Part shown: piece after piece, positions 17,871 to 27,137 of the stretch
Numbering within the stretch: position 1 is the first letter of the stretch
Layout: every line of letters starts with the position of its first letter
Assembly: GCF_000284455.1 (NCBI RefSeq)
Contig: NC_017039.1
Coordinates: forward strand, 1,470,001 to 1,502,000
Direction of reading: 5' to 3'
Length of the DNA: 32,000 nt
From: Synechocystis sp. PCC 6803 substr. PCC-P
GTDB lineage: Bacteria > Cyanobacteriota > Cyanobacteriia > Cyanobacteriales > Microcystaceae
Notes under the pieces: model-generated
What the model saw: the letters and a program-made list of their open reading frames with translations, nothing else
Told to the model about the DNA's origin: nothing
Database searches by the model: none
Program-made: the position numbers and the translations under genes

Positions 17871-19454
17871 GTGGATACAGCGGTCAACGAATCCCTCTCG
17901 ATTTCCTATAACTTAGAACAGTTCTTGATTGTGCTCTCGGTCTCCCTGAGCATTGCGACCCTGTCCAAGACGGTGCCAATTCTGCGGAAAATTCCCTACA
18001 CCCTGCTGTTGGTAATTGTGGGCATGGCCCTGGCCTTTGTCGATGTGAAATTGATCAATCTGTCGCCGGAATTGATCATGGAAATTTTTCTGCCTCCCCT
18101 ACTGTTTGAGGCTGCGTGGAATTTACAGTGGCGCAATCTCAAAGAAAATTGGTTTCCGATTACTCTCTTTGCCACTTTGGGAGTGGTCATCTGTGTGGTG
18201 GGCATTGCCTTTCCCCTTTCCTATTGGGGGGGGATGGAGTTGGCGATCGCCTTTTTGGCCGCGGCGGCCTTGTCTGCTACAGATCCAGTGTCGGTGATTG
18301 CCCTATTTAAAGAGTTGGGGGCGAGCAAAAAACTAAATACGTTAATGGAAGGGGAGAGCCTATTTAACGATGGGGTGGCGGTGGTGGTCTTCCTCATTTT
18401 GGTGGGCATTCCCCTAGGCACCAGCACTTTTGACTTGTCCGTTACCCTCGCTCGATTTGTCACCGTGATCGGCATTGGGGTGGGCTGTGGCCTGGTGATT
18501 GGCTTTAGTTTGTCCCTGTTGACCCAACGATTTGACCTACCTTTTGTGGAACAGTCCCTCACCCTGGTGTCGGCCTACGGTGCCTATATTCTGGCGGAAA
18601 ACCTGGGGGGATCGGGAGTAATTGGGGTGGTGGTAGTGGGCATGGTGTTGGGCAACTATGGTTCCCGCATTGGCATGAATCCCCGCACCAGACTGATTGT
18701 CAGCATTTTTTGGGAATTTGTGGCCTTCTTTGTCAATTCCATTATCTTCTTACTGATTGGGGATCAAATTGGCTTGAGCAGTCTTTCGGACCACCTCAAC
18801 CTGATTTTGATTGCCATTGCTGCGGTGGTGGTGACTCGCTTAGTGAGTGTTTTTGGTCTGAGCTTGATCAGCAACAAGGTGAGTGACCAGATTAGTAGTA
18901 CCCACATTACTCTCCAGGAACAAACCGTACTCTGGTGGGGCGGATTGCGGGGTTCCGTCGCCATTGCCGTGGCCCTGAGTGTGCCCCAGGCGATCGCCGA
19001 GAGACAGGCCATCATCGACATTGTCTTTGGTGTGGTGCTATTCACCCTACTGGTGCAAGGACTGACTACCCAATTTGTGCTCAAAGGCCTAGATTTAATT
19101 GGCGATCAACCCCAACGGTTGGAATATGCAGAGCTAGTATCCCGACAAATTGCCCTACGGCGGGTGTTGGCGGAACTGGAAAAAACCGATGAGTTTCCCG
19201 ACATTAACCCAGAGCGGTTGCGTTATAAGCAGGAATTAGTCCAAGGACAACTGCAAAGCGTCACCGACAAACTCAAACTGCTCCTGCAGGAATATCCCCT
19301 ATTGCAGGAAGTGGCCAACAAAAAATTCGACCAGACGGTACTAGATATAGAGGCGGAAACCTATGCCGATTTAATTCGTATGGGTCGCTTGGAGGAGAAT
19401 ATTATGCCTTTACTGGTCACCCTGGAAGGGGAAAATGTGGCCGAACCATCCTAG
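17871..19454 (+). CDS. nhaS1: Na+/H+ antiporter, CPA1 family, with a C-terminal cytoplasmic domain
   Basis: 527 aa with a GTG start. Polytopic N-terminal two thirds carry the NhaP-type motif ATDPVSV. The tail is hydrophilic. Confidence 0.88.
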   Translation: MDTAVNESLSISYNLEQFLIVLSVSLSIATLSKTVPILRKIPYTLLLVIVGMALAFVDVKLINLSPELIMEIFLPPLLFEAAWNLQWRNLKENWFPITLFATLGVVICVVGIAFPLSYWGGMELAIAFLAAAALSATDPVSVIALFKELGASKKLNTLMEGESLFNDGVAVVVFLILVGIPLGTSTFDLSVTLARFVTVIGIGVGCGLVIGFSLSLLTQRFDLPFVEQSLTLVSAYGAYILAENLGGSGVIGVVVVGMVLGNYGSRIGMNPRTRLIVSIFWEFVAFFVNSIIFLLIGDQIGLSSLSDHLNLILIAIAAVVVTRLVSVFGLSLISNKVSDQISSTHITLQEQTVLWWGGLRGSVAIAVALSVPQAIAERQAIIDIVFGVVLFTLLVQGLTTQFVLKGLDLIGDQPQRLEYAELVSRQIALRRVLAELEKTDEFPDINPERLRYKQELVQGQLQSVTDKLKLLLQEYPLLQEVANKKFDQTVLDIEAETYADLIRMGRLEENIMPLLVTLEGENVAEPS

Positions 19455-19578
19455 AGCGTGTTTTAAAAGTCCCCTCCTAGCCCCAAACTTTGGGGGGATT
19501 TAAGTAAAAGTTCCCCAGTATTGCCGGAGCTTTAGTAGGTCGATTTAGGGAGAAAAAGAAAACTTTTCAAACATATTC
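19454..19578 (+). mobile_element. MITE copy 2
   Basis: The left end GAGCGTGTTTTAAAAGT starts on the last base of the nhaS1 TAG. The right end is AAAACTTTTCAAACATATTC. An internal hairpin CCCCAAA-C-TTTGGGG is present. It is collinear with copy 1. Confidence 0.75.
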
Positions 19579-19710
19579 TTGGATATGATTCGATTCTGTT
19601 TGGCCTAAACCAGTTTTTGGATCACTAAAATTTCTCCCATGGTCAGGAAAATTTCAGCGTTTCCCAGTTCCTGGAGAGCCTGGATAAAACTGGGCATATG
19701 CTAGCGGTAG

Positions 19711-20391
19711 TCACAAGGAAACCAATCTTCTTTCAATGGCTAAAAGGGCGGCTTGGGTACGATCTCGCACCTCCAACTTACGCAAAATAGTGTGTACATG
19801 GACCCGCACTGTGCCCGGCGCAATGTAAAGTTCGTCGGCAATTTCTTGGTTACTTTTACCCTTGGCCACCAAAGATAAAATTTCTAGTTCACGCTTAGTG
19901 AGTGGGTTCTCTCCATCTGCATCCGCCAATGGCAGCACCGCCCCCGTGGACGAACTGTGTTGAAACGCGGTCTGAATTTCCTGAGAAGCAATGGCATCCC
20001 ACCAGAATGCACCAGCCGCCACTGAGCGAATCGCCAGCACTAATGTTTCTGCGGCCACCCCTTTAACGCAATAGCCCTGGGCTTGGGCTTCAATCAGGCG
20101 GTTAATTAAGGCAGGCTGGGAATGGGAAGTAAGAATTAGGACTGGTAATTGTGGATGAATTTTTTTGATTTGATGGCAGGCTTCAATGCCGCCGATACCG
20201 GGTAATCCCACATCTAAAATCACCACATCAAAAAGCTGTTGATTGACGTAGGCGATCGCCGTTTCTCCATCTTCCGCCTCCCCGGCCACGTCCAACCCTG
20301 GTTCCTGGCTGAGACGGGTCACCAATCCCAAACGGAAGAGTTCATCGTCCTCCACCAAAAGAATCCGGATTGAAGTTGGGGAAATTGCCAT
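19711..20391 (-). CDS. rre19: Response regulator, NarL/LuxR-type HTH output
   Basis: Receiver domain (LLVEDDE..., DVVILDVGLPG) plus a C-terminal LuxR HTH (LTKRELEILSLVAKGKSNQEIADELYIAPGTVRVHV). Confidence 0.88.
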   Translation of the reverse strand: MAISPTSIRILLVEDDELFRLGLVTRLSQEPGLDVAGEAEDGETAIAYVNQQLFDVVILDVGLPGIGGIEACHQIKKIHPQLPVLILTSHSQPALINRLIEAQAQGYCVKGVAAETLVLAIRSVAAGAFWWDAIASQEIQTAFQHSSSTGAVLPLADADGENPLTKRELEILSLVAKGKSNQEIADELYIAPGTVRVHVHTILRKLEVRDRTQAALLAIERRLVSL

Positions 20392-20514
20392 AAATGGTTT
20401 TGATTAACAAAGGTAGTCTGGATAATTGGCCTAAATTGGGGGTCAAAACTAGCCGATCCAATGCCTGCTATCTATCCCAAAATTATGCTTTCTGAACCCT
20501 ATCATTTTCCTTTA

Positions 20515-20623
20515 AAACGTGTTTGGAAAGTTTTATTCCGCCCCCTAAATCCCCCAACACTGGGGGACTTTCACTCAGTTTTCCCTAAATTGAGGGGGCC
20601 AGGGGGGCTTTTAAAACAGTTTT
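20515..20623 (-). mobile_element. MITE copy 3, in inverted orientation
   Basis: AAACGTGTTTGGAAAGTTTTATTCCGCCCCCTAAATC matches the reverse complement of the right arm of copy 1. It lies between the hik20 stop and the rre19 start. Confidence 0.75.
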
Positions 20624-20661
20624 AAAGATGAATAGCAATAAACTAAAGAGAACGTTAAACC

Positions 20662-21753
20662 CTAGGATTCTATGGGTACGGAAAAAGCAAAAATAGCCCC
20701 TTGGGGAGAGCGGGGTTCCGCCCAGATTTTACCACCGTGGGCTTCAATAATTTGGCGGCTAAGATATAACCCCAGTCCGGCTCCCTTTGCTTGGCGATCG
20801 CCATGGCCTTGATAAAATTGCTCGAAGAGATTGGGCAATTCATAGTCGGGAATTCCCCGCCCTTCATCGACAATTTGCACCTGGAAATGATTATTTTTGG
20901 AAGTAAGGGAAATTTCCACTTTACGGCCCCGGGGGGAGTGATTAATGGCATTGGTAATGAGGTTATTAAAAACCCGTTGCAGTTGCAAAGCATCGGCCTG
21001 TAACCAATAGGCTTGGCGAAAGTCGGAGTTACCTTGACGCAGACATAAATGGATTTGGCGGGACGTGGCCAGGGGGGTGAGTTGCAGAATTACTTCCTCC
21101 GCCAGACTAGTGAGATTGACCGGTTCCTGGTGCAGATATAAACCCTCTGTGTCATTGCGGTAAACATCCATCAGGGTTTCCACCAGTTGCAGGGTCATGC
21201 GGTGGCTACGCATCATAATGGCGATCGCCCGTTGTTGGTTATGGGTAACAGCCCCAAACTGTCCTGCTTGGAAGGCATTAAGGGTTTCAATTGCCCCCAA
21301 AAGGGGAGTTTTCAGGTCATGGGTCAGGGTTGAGACAAAATCCTCCCGCACCTTAGCCAGTTGAATTTGGGTTTCCAGTTGCACCTGTTGTTTCACCATG
21401 GCCGCTTCGTATTGTTGCAGGCGATCGCTCAGCCAAGCGGTGACTAGCAGTGCCAGTACGGTGATTATCCGATTGGCCACGGTGATGGGGGTGATGGGTT
21501 CAATGCCCGGAATCCACAAATTGAGCAGGGTTAAAACCACCGCAGTACCTGTTACCCAGAGGGTTGCCCGATGCCCCAGCCGCACACTAGCCAATAGTAC
21601 TGCCCCAATGTACAGATAGCCGAGCACGTAGGGAGGGGGAGTGCTGTAATCCAAACTGATCACGATTAAAAAAAGAATTGCCAACAACCAGTGGGTACGG
21701 GTCCAAATACGCACTGTTTGGTCGGCCAATGATTGAACAGAAATGGCTTTCAA
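20662..21753 (-). CDS. hik20: Sensor histidine kinase: membrane domain plus HisKA and HATPase, resembling the C-terminal half of KdpD
   Basis: Four N-terminal TM helices, H-box FVSTLTHDLKTPL, N-box NLITNAINHS and G-boxes DEGRGI/GAGLGL. There is no large periplasmic or cytoplasmic sensor domain. Confidence 0.88.
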   Translation of the reverse strand: MKAISVQSLADQTVRIWTRTHWLLAILFLIVISLDYSTPPPYVLGYLYIGAVLLASVRLGHRATLWVTGTAVVLTLLNLWIPGIEPITPITVANRIITVLALLVTAWLSDRLQQYEAAMVKQQVQLETQIQLAKVREDFVSTLTHDLKTPLLGAIETLNAFQAGQFGAVTHNQQRAIAIMMRSHRMTLQLVETLMDVYRNDTEGLYLHQEPVNLTSLAEEVILQLTPLATSRQIHLCLRQGNSDFRQAYWLQADALQLQRVFNNLITNAINHSPRGRKVEISLTSKNNHFQVQIVDEGRGIPDYELPNLFEQFYQGHGDRQAKGAGLGLYLSRQIIEAHGGKIWAEPRSPQGAIFAFSVPIES

Positions 21754-22052
21754 GGGGAAAAGTTGCAGGGGTCTTCCCGCCCATACTAAAACAAAAAAGA
21801 TAGATCTATTCGTTTAATTACTTCTATATCATTTGGTATAGGCAAAAGCTAAACAACTTTAATATAGGTAAGGAAATTGCTTAGGCATAATCTATAAATA
21901 CCTTTTAAATGCCCTTCTATACCTTGTGAAAGTTCATTTATCACAGCAAACTGATGATATGGATAAATTAGGGGCGGAATTTGATTTTTTTCCCATAGCC
22001 AGTAACCCCCACTTATCCTGTTTTGATGATGGTTTGGAGATGACAAAATTTT
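21754..22052. promoter_or_regulatory. Divergent hik20 / kdpA promoter region
   Basis: 299-bp AT-rich gap between divergent genes. It has a perfect 10-bp palindrome ATAGATCTAT (21800-21809). GGTATAG at 21835-21841 has an inverted partner CTATACC at 21917-21923. A further TATAGG lies at 21863-21868. Confidence 0.4.
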
Positions 22053-23729
22053 ATGTTGCAAGGTTTTGTACAAATTGCATTAATTTTAGCTATCCTTGTG
22101 GCCACGGCCCCCTTGCTTGGGCGTTATATGGCACGGGTTTTTCTTGGTCAGTCCACTTGGCTCGATAAAATTGCCCGTCCTCTAGAGTCGTTGATTTTTG
22201 CCGGTTCCGGGATTACAAAACATCCCTCCATGGGAGCAACCCAATATGTTAGTGCTGCGCTGATCAGCAATCTGGTTATGGGGGTTTTTGTCTTCCTAAT
22301 CTTGATGTTCCAGGGCAGTTTACCCCTCAATCCCACGGGTTTAGCTGCTCCGTCTTGGGATTTGGCCCTACACACTGCCATTTCCTTTGTGACCAATACC
22401 AATCAACAACACTATTCCGGAGAAACGACCTACACCTACTTTAGTCAGGCTGGAGCCCTAGGGTTTTTGATGTTCACTTCTGCGGCCACCGGCATTGCAG
22501 TGGCGATCGCCTTTATTCGGGGCCTAACCGGCCAGGCGATCGGTAATTTTTACCAGGATTTAGTGCTATCAATTACTAGAATTTTATTGCCAATTTCCCT
22601 CGTGGGAGCAATACTCCTCCTGGTGGCGGGGGTACCGGAAACCCTTGCGGGGCCAGCCCAGGTAACCACCCTGGAAGGGGCCACCCAATGGATTGCCCGG
22701 GGTCCGGTGGCCCATTTTGAAATCATCAAAGAACTAGGGGAAAATGGTGGCGGTTTTTTTGGTATAAACTCTGCCCATCCCTTCGAAAATCCCAATAATT
22801 TTGCCAACCTCTTGGAAACGGTAATTATGATGGTGATTCCCGCCGGCCTCATCATTACTTACGGCATCATGGCAGGCAACCCCGAGCAAGGGTGGTTAAT
22901 TTTTTGGATGGTGTTTATTCTTTATGGAATTCTGATTGCCATTGCCGCTGTGGGGGAATTTCAAGGTAATCCTCTGATCAATCAAATTCTGGGGGAAACC
23001 CAACCCAATTTAGAAGGTAAAGAAGTGCGCTTTGGTTGGGTATTAACGGCCCTGTGGGCTGTGTCCACAACGGGAACCATGTGTGGAGCAGTCAACGGCA
23101 TGCATGACTCCCTCATGCCCCCTGGGGGTTTTGTTACCCTATCGGACCTATTCCTGCAAATTATTTGGGGAGGCCAGGGCACGGGCACAGCCTATCTGTT
23201 TGTGTTTCTCATCCTGACGGTTTTTCTCACTGGATTGATGGTGGGAAGGACACCGGAATTTTTGGGTCGCAAAATTGAGAAACGGGAAATTGTCCTCGCT
23301 AGCTTAATTCTTCTAATCCACCCCATTGCCATTTTAATTCCCACCGCTATCACCCTCGCCTTTCCTGACACCCTAGCGGGCATTAGTAATCCGGGCTTCC
23401 ATGGCATTTCCCAGGTGGCCTACGAATATGCTTCCGCCGCCGCCAACAATGGTTCTGGCTTTGAAGGTTTGGCGGATAACACTCTTTGGTGGAATTTAAG
23501 CGCCAGTTTCTCGTTAATTGCCGGACGCTATGTACCAATTGTTGCCCTAATTTTCTTGGCAGATGGCATGGCCCGCAAACAACCCGTTCCGGAAACCAGC
23601 GGTACTCTCCACACCGATACAACCCTATTCACCGGGATTACCGCCGGAGCCATCATCATCCTCGGTGCCCTGACCTTTTTGCCCATTTTGGTACTCGGTC
23701 CAGTGGCGGAAGCTTTCAATTTGGTTTAG
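22053..23729 (+). CDS. kdpA: K+-transporting ATPase, K+-translocating subunit KdpA
   Basis: 558 aa and polytopic. The N-terminus [30 protein letters not shown] and [10 protein letters not shown] selectivity-filter-like motifs are typical of KdpA. Confidence 0.93.
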   Translation: MLQGFVQIALILAILVATAPLLGRYMARVFLGQSTWLDKIARPLESLIFAGSGITKHPSMGATQYVSAALISNLVMGVFVFLILMFQGSLPLNPTGLAAPSWDLALHTAISFVTNTNQQHYSGETTYTYFSQAGALGFLMFTSAATGIAVAIAFIRGLTGQAIGNFYQDLVLSITRILLPISLVGAILLLVAGVPETLAGPAQVTTLEGATQWIARGPVAHFEIIKELGENGGGFFGINSAHPFENPNNFANLLETVIMMVIPAGLIITYGIMAGNPEQGWLIFWMVFILYGILIAIAAVGEFQGNPLINQILGETQPNLEGKEVRFGWVLTALWAVSTTGTMCGAVNGMHDSLMPPGGFVTLSDLFLQIIWGGQGTGTAYLFVFLILTVFLTGLMVGRTPEFLGRKIEKREIVLASLILLIHPIAILIPTAITLAFPDTLAGISNPGFHGISQVAYEYASAAANNGSGFEGLADNTLWWNLSASFSLIAGRYVPIVALIFLADGMARKQPVPETSGTLHTDTTLFTGITAGAIIILGALTFLPILVLGPVAEAFNLV

Positions 23730-23785
23730 CAGATCCTTGGTTGCTACCTTTTCTCTACCCTTAAATCCGATTTTTACCTAAGATT

Positions 23786-25858
23786 ATGAACTCCACTTCC
23801 ACTGTGCGACAACCGGGGGGGCCACGGCAGCAGCGGCGACACACCCCAAAAGCCAATCTTTCCGATCTCTATCAAAGGGCTTTCAAGGAAGCCTGGGTGA
23901 AGCTCAATCCCAAAATCATGGTCAAAAATCCGGTCATGTTTATGGTTTGGGTCGGCACCTTGATCACTGGGATGTTGACTCTCAATCCCAACCTATTTGG
24001 GGTTACTGGCACCTCAGCCATGTTTAACGGGTTAGTGACGGTTATTTTGTTATTTACGGTTTTATTTGCCAACTTTGCCGAAGCCGTGGCCGAGGGTAGG
24101 GGAAAGGCCCAGGCCGATGCCCTGCGTTCAACCCAGACTCAGACCTATGCCCAGCGAATTTTAGCCGATGGTTCCCTAGAAATGGTCAGCTCCACCCATC
24201 TACGGAAAGGCGATCGTATTGTCGTTTCGGTCGGCGATATTATCCCTGCCGACGGGGAAGTGTTGGAGGGGGTGGCCTCGGTGGATGAATCCGCCATTAC
24301 GGGGGAATCGGCTCCGGTACTGAAGGAACCAGGTTCCGATGTGGCCAGTTCCGTGACGGGGGGCACCCGCATCATTTCCGATGAACTGATCATCCGGGTG
24401 ACAGCAGATCCCGGTAAGGGCTTTATTGACCGCATGATTGACCTGGTGGAAGGGGCAGAACGCAGTAAAACCCCCAATGAAATTGCCCTAACGGTATTGT
24501 TGGCGGTGTTGACCTTGGTGTTCCTAATTGTGGTGGCAACTCTGCCTCCCCCGGCTAATTACATCGATAGCCCGGTGAGCATTACCCTACTTATTGCCCT
24601 CTTGGTGGCGTTGATTCCCACCACCATTGGCGGTTTGCTGAGTGCCATTGGCATTGCTGGCATGGACCGGGTAGCCCAGTTTAATGTGGTGGCCACTTCC
24701 GGGCGGGCCGTGGAGGCCTGCGGCGACATCAACACCTTGGTGTTAGATAAGACGGGCACTATCACTTTGGGGAACCGTTTAGCGGAGACCTTTCTGCCAG
24801 TGAATGGTCATTCTTTGAAAGAAGTGGCGGCGATCGCCTTGGCGGCAAGTATTTTTGACACTACCCCAGAGGGAAAATCCATTGTGCGCCTAGCGGAAAA
24901 GATGGGAGCTACTTTGGACTTCGATCGCCAGCAGGCGGAGGGGGTGGAATTTTCTGCTCGGACTCGCATGAGCGGCACCGATTTACCCGATGGCAGTGAA
25001 GTGCGGAAAGGGGCGGTGGATGCCATCCGGGGCTTTGTGCGGTCAAGGGGGGGCAAGTCTCCCACCGGCCTTGACGAAGCCTACGGAAAGGTTTCCCATC
25101 TAGGGGGCACCCCCTTAGCGGTCTGTCGTAACGATGAGATTTACGGTGTAATTTATCTTAAGGACATCATCAAACCAGGTATTCAAGAACGATTTAATCA
25201 ACTGCGACGCATGGGGGTCCGCACCGTTATGCTCACGGGGGACAATCGCATTACTGCTTCGGTAATTGCCAAGGAAGCGGGGGTTGATGACTTCATTGCC
25301 GAAGCTACTCCGGAAGACAAAATCCAGGTTATTCAACAGGAACAAGCCGCTGGTAAGTTGGTGGCCATGACCGGAGACGGTACCAACGATGCCCCGGCCC
25401 TCGCCCAGGCCAATGTGGGTTTAGCGATGAATTCCGGCACCCAAGCGGCTAAGGAAGCGGCCAATATGGTGGACCTCGATTCTGACCCCACTAAACTGAT
25501 TGACCTGGTCACCATTGGCAAACAACTTCTAATCACTAGGGGGGCATTGACCACTTTTTCCCTGGCCAACGACATTGCCAAATATTTCGCCATTATTCCT
25601 GCCATGTTCGCCGGTATTGGCATTGGTGCCCTCAACATCATGGATTTGAAGAGTCCCCAATCCGCCGTACTTTCGGCCCTGATTTACAACGCTCTGATCA
25701 TCCCTGCCCTCATTCCTCTGGCCCTACGGGGGGTGAAGTTTCGTCCTTTAAGTGCCGATCAATTACTCCAGCGCAACATTTTGGTTTATGGGCTGGGGGG
25801 CATCATTGTGCCCTTTGTGGCCATCAAGCTCATAGACCTCGGTATTTCGTTGCTTTGA
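23786..25858 (+). CDS. kdpB: K+-transporting P-type ATPase catalytic subunit KdpB
   Basis: P-type motifs DKTGTIT, MLTGDN and [10 protein letters not shown]. 690 aa. Confidence 0.95.
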   Translation: MNSTSTVRQPGGPRQQRRHTPKANLSDLYQRAFKEAWVKLNPKIMVKNPVMFMVWVGTLITGMLTLNPNLFGVTGTSAMFNGLVTVILLFTVLFANFAEAVAEGRGKAQADALRSTQTQTYAQRILADGSLEMVSSTHLRKGDRIVVSVGDIIPADGEVLEGVASVDESAITGESAPVLKEPGSDVASSVTGGTRIISDELIIRVTADPGKGFIDRMIDLVEGAERSKTPNEIALTVLLAVLTLVFLIVVATLPPPANYIDSPVSITLLIALLVALIPTTIGGLLSAIGIAGMDRVAQFNVVATSGRAVEACGDINTLVLDKTGTITLGNRLAETFLPVNGHSLKEVAAIALAASIFDTTPEGKSIVRLAEKMGATLDFDRQQAEGVEFSARTRMSGTDLPDGSEVRKGAVDAIRGFVRSRGGKSPTGLDEAYGKVSHLGGTPLAVCRNDEIYGVIYLKDIIKPGIQERFNQLRRMGVRTVMLTGDNRITASVIAKEAGVDDFIAEATPEDKIQVIQQEQAAGKLVAMTGDGTNDAPALAQANVGLAMNSGTQAAKEAANMVDLDSDPTKLIDLVTIGKQLLITRGALTTFSLANDIAKYFAIIPAMFAGIGIGALNIMDLKSPQSAVLSALIYNALIIPALIPLALRGVKFRPLSADQLLQRNILVYGLGGIIVPFVAIKLIDLGISLL

Positions 25859-25937
25859 TGTCCGATGACTGCAAGGTTTTGCCATTGTGCCCTTTCCCCA
25901 GAGATTTTTCCCTACTTTCTCCTTTACTCCAACTCCG

Positions 25938-26144
25938 ATGTTTTCTACTTCTAAAACCTCCGTCATTGGCCGCATCATCTTGCTGGCGACTTTATGCAAT
26001 TTGGCGATCGCCTCCCCCATTTATGCTGCTGGTAACGGCGCCATTGACCGGGGAACGGCCTATGCCCTTGGCCTCCTAGTAATCATTGTTCTGGGATTGG
26101 CTGTTTACCTGGCCATGGTAATTATTGAGCCGGAACGTTTTTAA
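25938..26144 (+). CDS. Small two-TM membrane protein with a KdpF-like C-terminal helix (cyanobacterial KdpG/KdpF-type)
   Basis: The ATG at 25938 is in frame with the GTG at 25887 used by the ORF track. The C-terminus LGLLVIIVLGLAVYLAMVIIEPERF resembles KdpF (...YLVYALINAEAF in E. coli, from memory). It sits between kdpB and kdpC. Confidence 0.55.
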   Translation: MFSTSKTSVIGRIILLATLCNLAIASPIYAAGNGAIDRGTAYALGLLVIIVLGLAVYLAMVIIEPERF

Positions 26145-26209
26145 GGTTACTTTTTCAAACTAGTTTGGTTAATTTTTATGCTCCATTACTAACCTGATAT
26201 TTTGCCTAA

Positions 26210-26321
26210 AAGCATCTTTCAAACGCCCCCTGCCCCCCCAAAAAAATTAGGGGGAAGTTAAGTAAAAATCCTCCATTATTGGGAAATTTAGGGGGCAAAA
26301 TAAAACCTTTCAAAAAAACTC
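26210..26321 (+). mobile_element. MITE copy 4
   Basis: Collinear with copy 1 (…CTTTCAAACGCCCCCTG…GAAATTTAGGGGGCAAAATAAAACCTTTCAAAAAAACTC). It is flanked by TAA at 26207-26209 and TAA at 26322-26324, and lies inside the kdp operon. Confidence 0.7.
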
Positions 26322-26333
26322 TAAAACTTTGCC

Positions 26334-26906
26334 ATGATTCGCAATTTTGTGATTAGTTTACGCAGTACTGCCCTGCTTTGGATTTTAACAGCCCTCATTT
26401 ACCCGGCGATCGTATTAGTGATTGGTCAACTGGTCTTTCCCTACCAGGCCAATGGTAGCCTGATCACTGATTCCCAGGGGCAAGTTGTGGGTTCGGCTTT
26501 GATCGGACAAACCTTCACCGAGGAGGGCTATTTTTGGAGTCGCCCCAGTGCCATTAACTACAGTGAAGGGGCAGATGCTTCCCCCACGGGCATTTCCGGT
26601 GCAAGCAACCTAGCTCCCAGTAATCCTGACCTTTTATCCCGCATTGAAGCAGAGGCCCAACGCTTAGAGGACAATGCCGTGCAACCCACTGCCGATTTGC
26701 TTTACAGCTCTGGGTCAGGGCTTGATCCCCACATTAGCCCAGCGGCGGCCCAAGCCCAGTTCGACCGGGTGGCCAAGGCCAGATCTATTCCTCCCCAGGA
26801 GTTGCAAAGCCTGATAACTAAACACACTGAGGGGCGCTTCCTTGGCATTTTTGGTGAGCCTGGGGTCAATGTCCTCACCCTCAACCTGGCCCTCGATAAC
26901 CGTTAA
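26334..26906 (+). CDS. kdpC: K+-transporting ATPase subunit KdpC
   Basis: 190 aa with an N-terminal TM helix. Conserved KdpC motifs SGASNLAPSNP and SGSGLDPHISP. Confidence 0.93.
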   Translation: MIRNFVISLRSTALLWILTALIYPAIVLVIGQLVFPYQANGSLITDSQGQVVGSALIGQTFTEEGYFWSRPSAINYSEGADASPTGISGASNLAPSNPDLLSRIEAEAQRLEDNAVQPTADLLYSSGSGLDPHISPAAAQAQFDRVAKARSIPPQELQSLITKHTEGRFLGIFGEPGVNVLTLNLALDNR

Positions 26907-26919
26907 ACCCTTGCCTCTG

Positions 26920-27073
26920 ATGTTTCAAGCAAAAATTCTTGTGGTTCACCACGGCGATCGCCTACGGGCCATGGTTAGCCAGAGTTTGCATTCAACTTCC
27001 CTTACCTATGAGCTACACCGGGTTGGGAATTGAAACCTTGATCCGACCTATCGTCCTGCCCATGAAAACTTAG
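26920..27073 (+). pseudogene. Possible fossil of a response-regulator receiver domain, frameshifted
   Basis: A 37-codon ORF starts 13 nt after the kdpC stop: MFQAKILVVHHGDRLRAMVSQSLHSTSLTYELHRVGN*. The neighbouring frame continues LGIETLIRPIVLPMKT*. Together they follow the receiver pattern ILVVDD-x4-R-x6-L-...-G-x-E-x-L, but with HH in place of the acidic pair. Confidence 0.3.
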
Positions 27074-27137
27074 ACCGTTCAACGACGGACCGAGGCAGGC
27101 CCCTCTGCTTTCTGCAAATCCCCTCTGCCCCATCACC

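Noticed and set aside
19605-19697. 30-codon ORF (MPSFIQALQELGNAEIFLTMGEILVIQKLV) starting 13 nt after the rre19 stop
   Set aside because: It is too short, has no recognisable motif, and lies in a convergent terminator region next to a MITE. There is no evidence beyond an open frame.
21849-22168. ORFs 21849..22073 (-) and 21926..22168 (+) in and around the kdp/hik20 promoter
   Set aside because: They lie in AT-rich promoter DNA, and the plus-strand one overlaps the well-supported kdpA start out of frame. Neither has family features.
25855-26079. 74-aa ORF overlapping the kdpB stop, in a different frame from the KdpF-like ORF
   Set aside because: The competing frame (25887/25938..26144) yields a clean two-helix membrane peptide with a KdpF-like C-terminus. 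This frame gives Leu/Pro/Ser-rich sequence with no such features.
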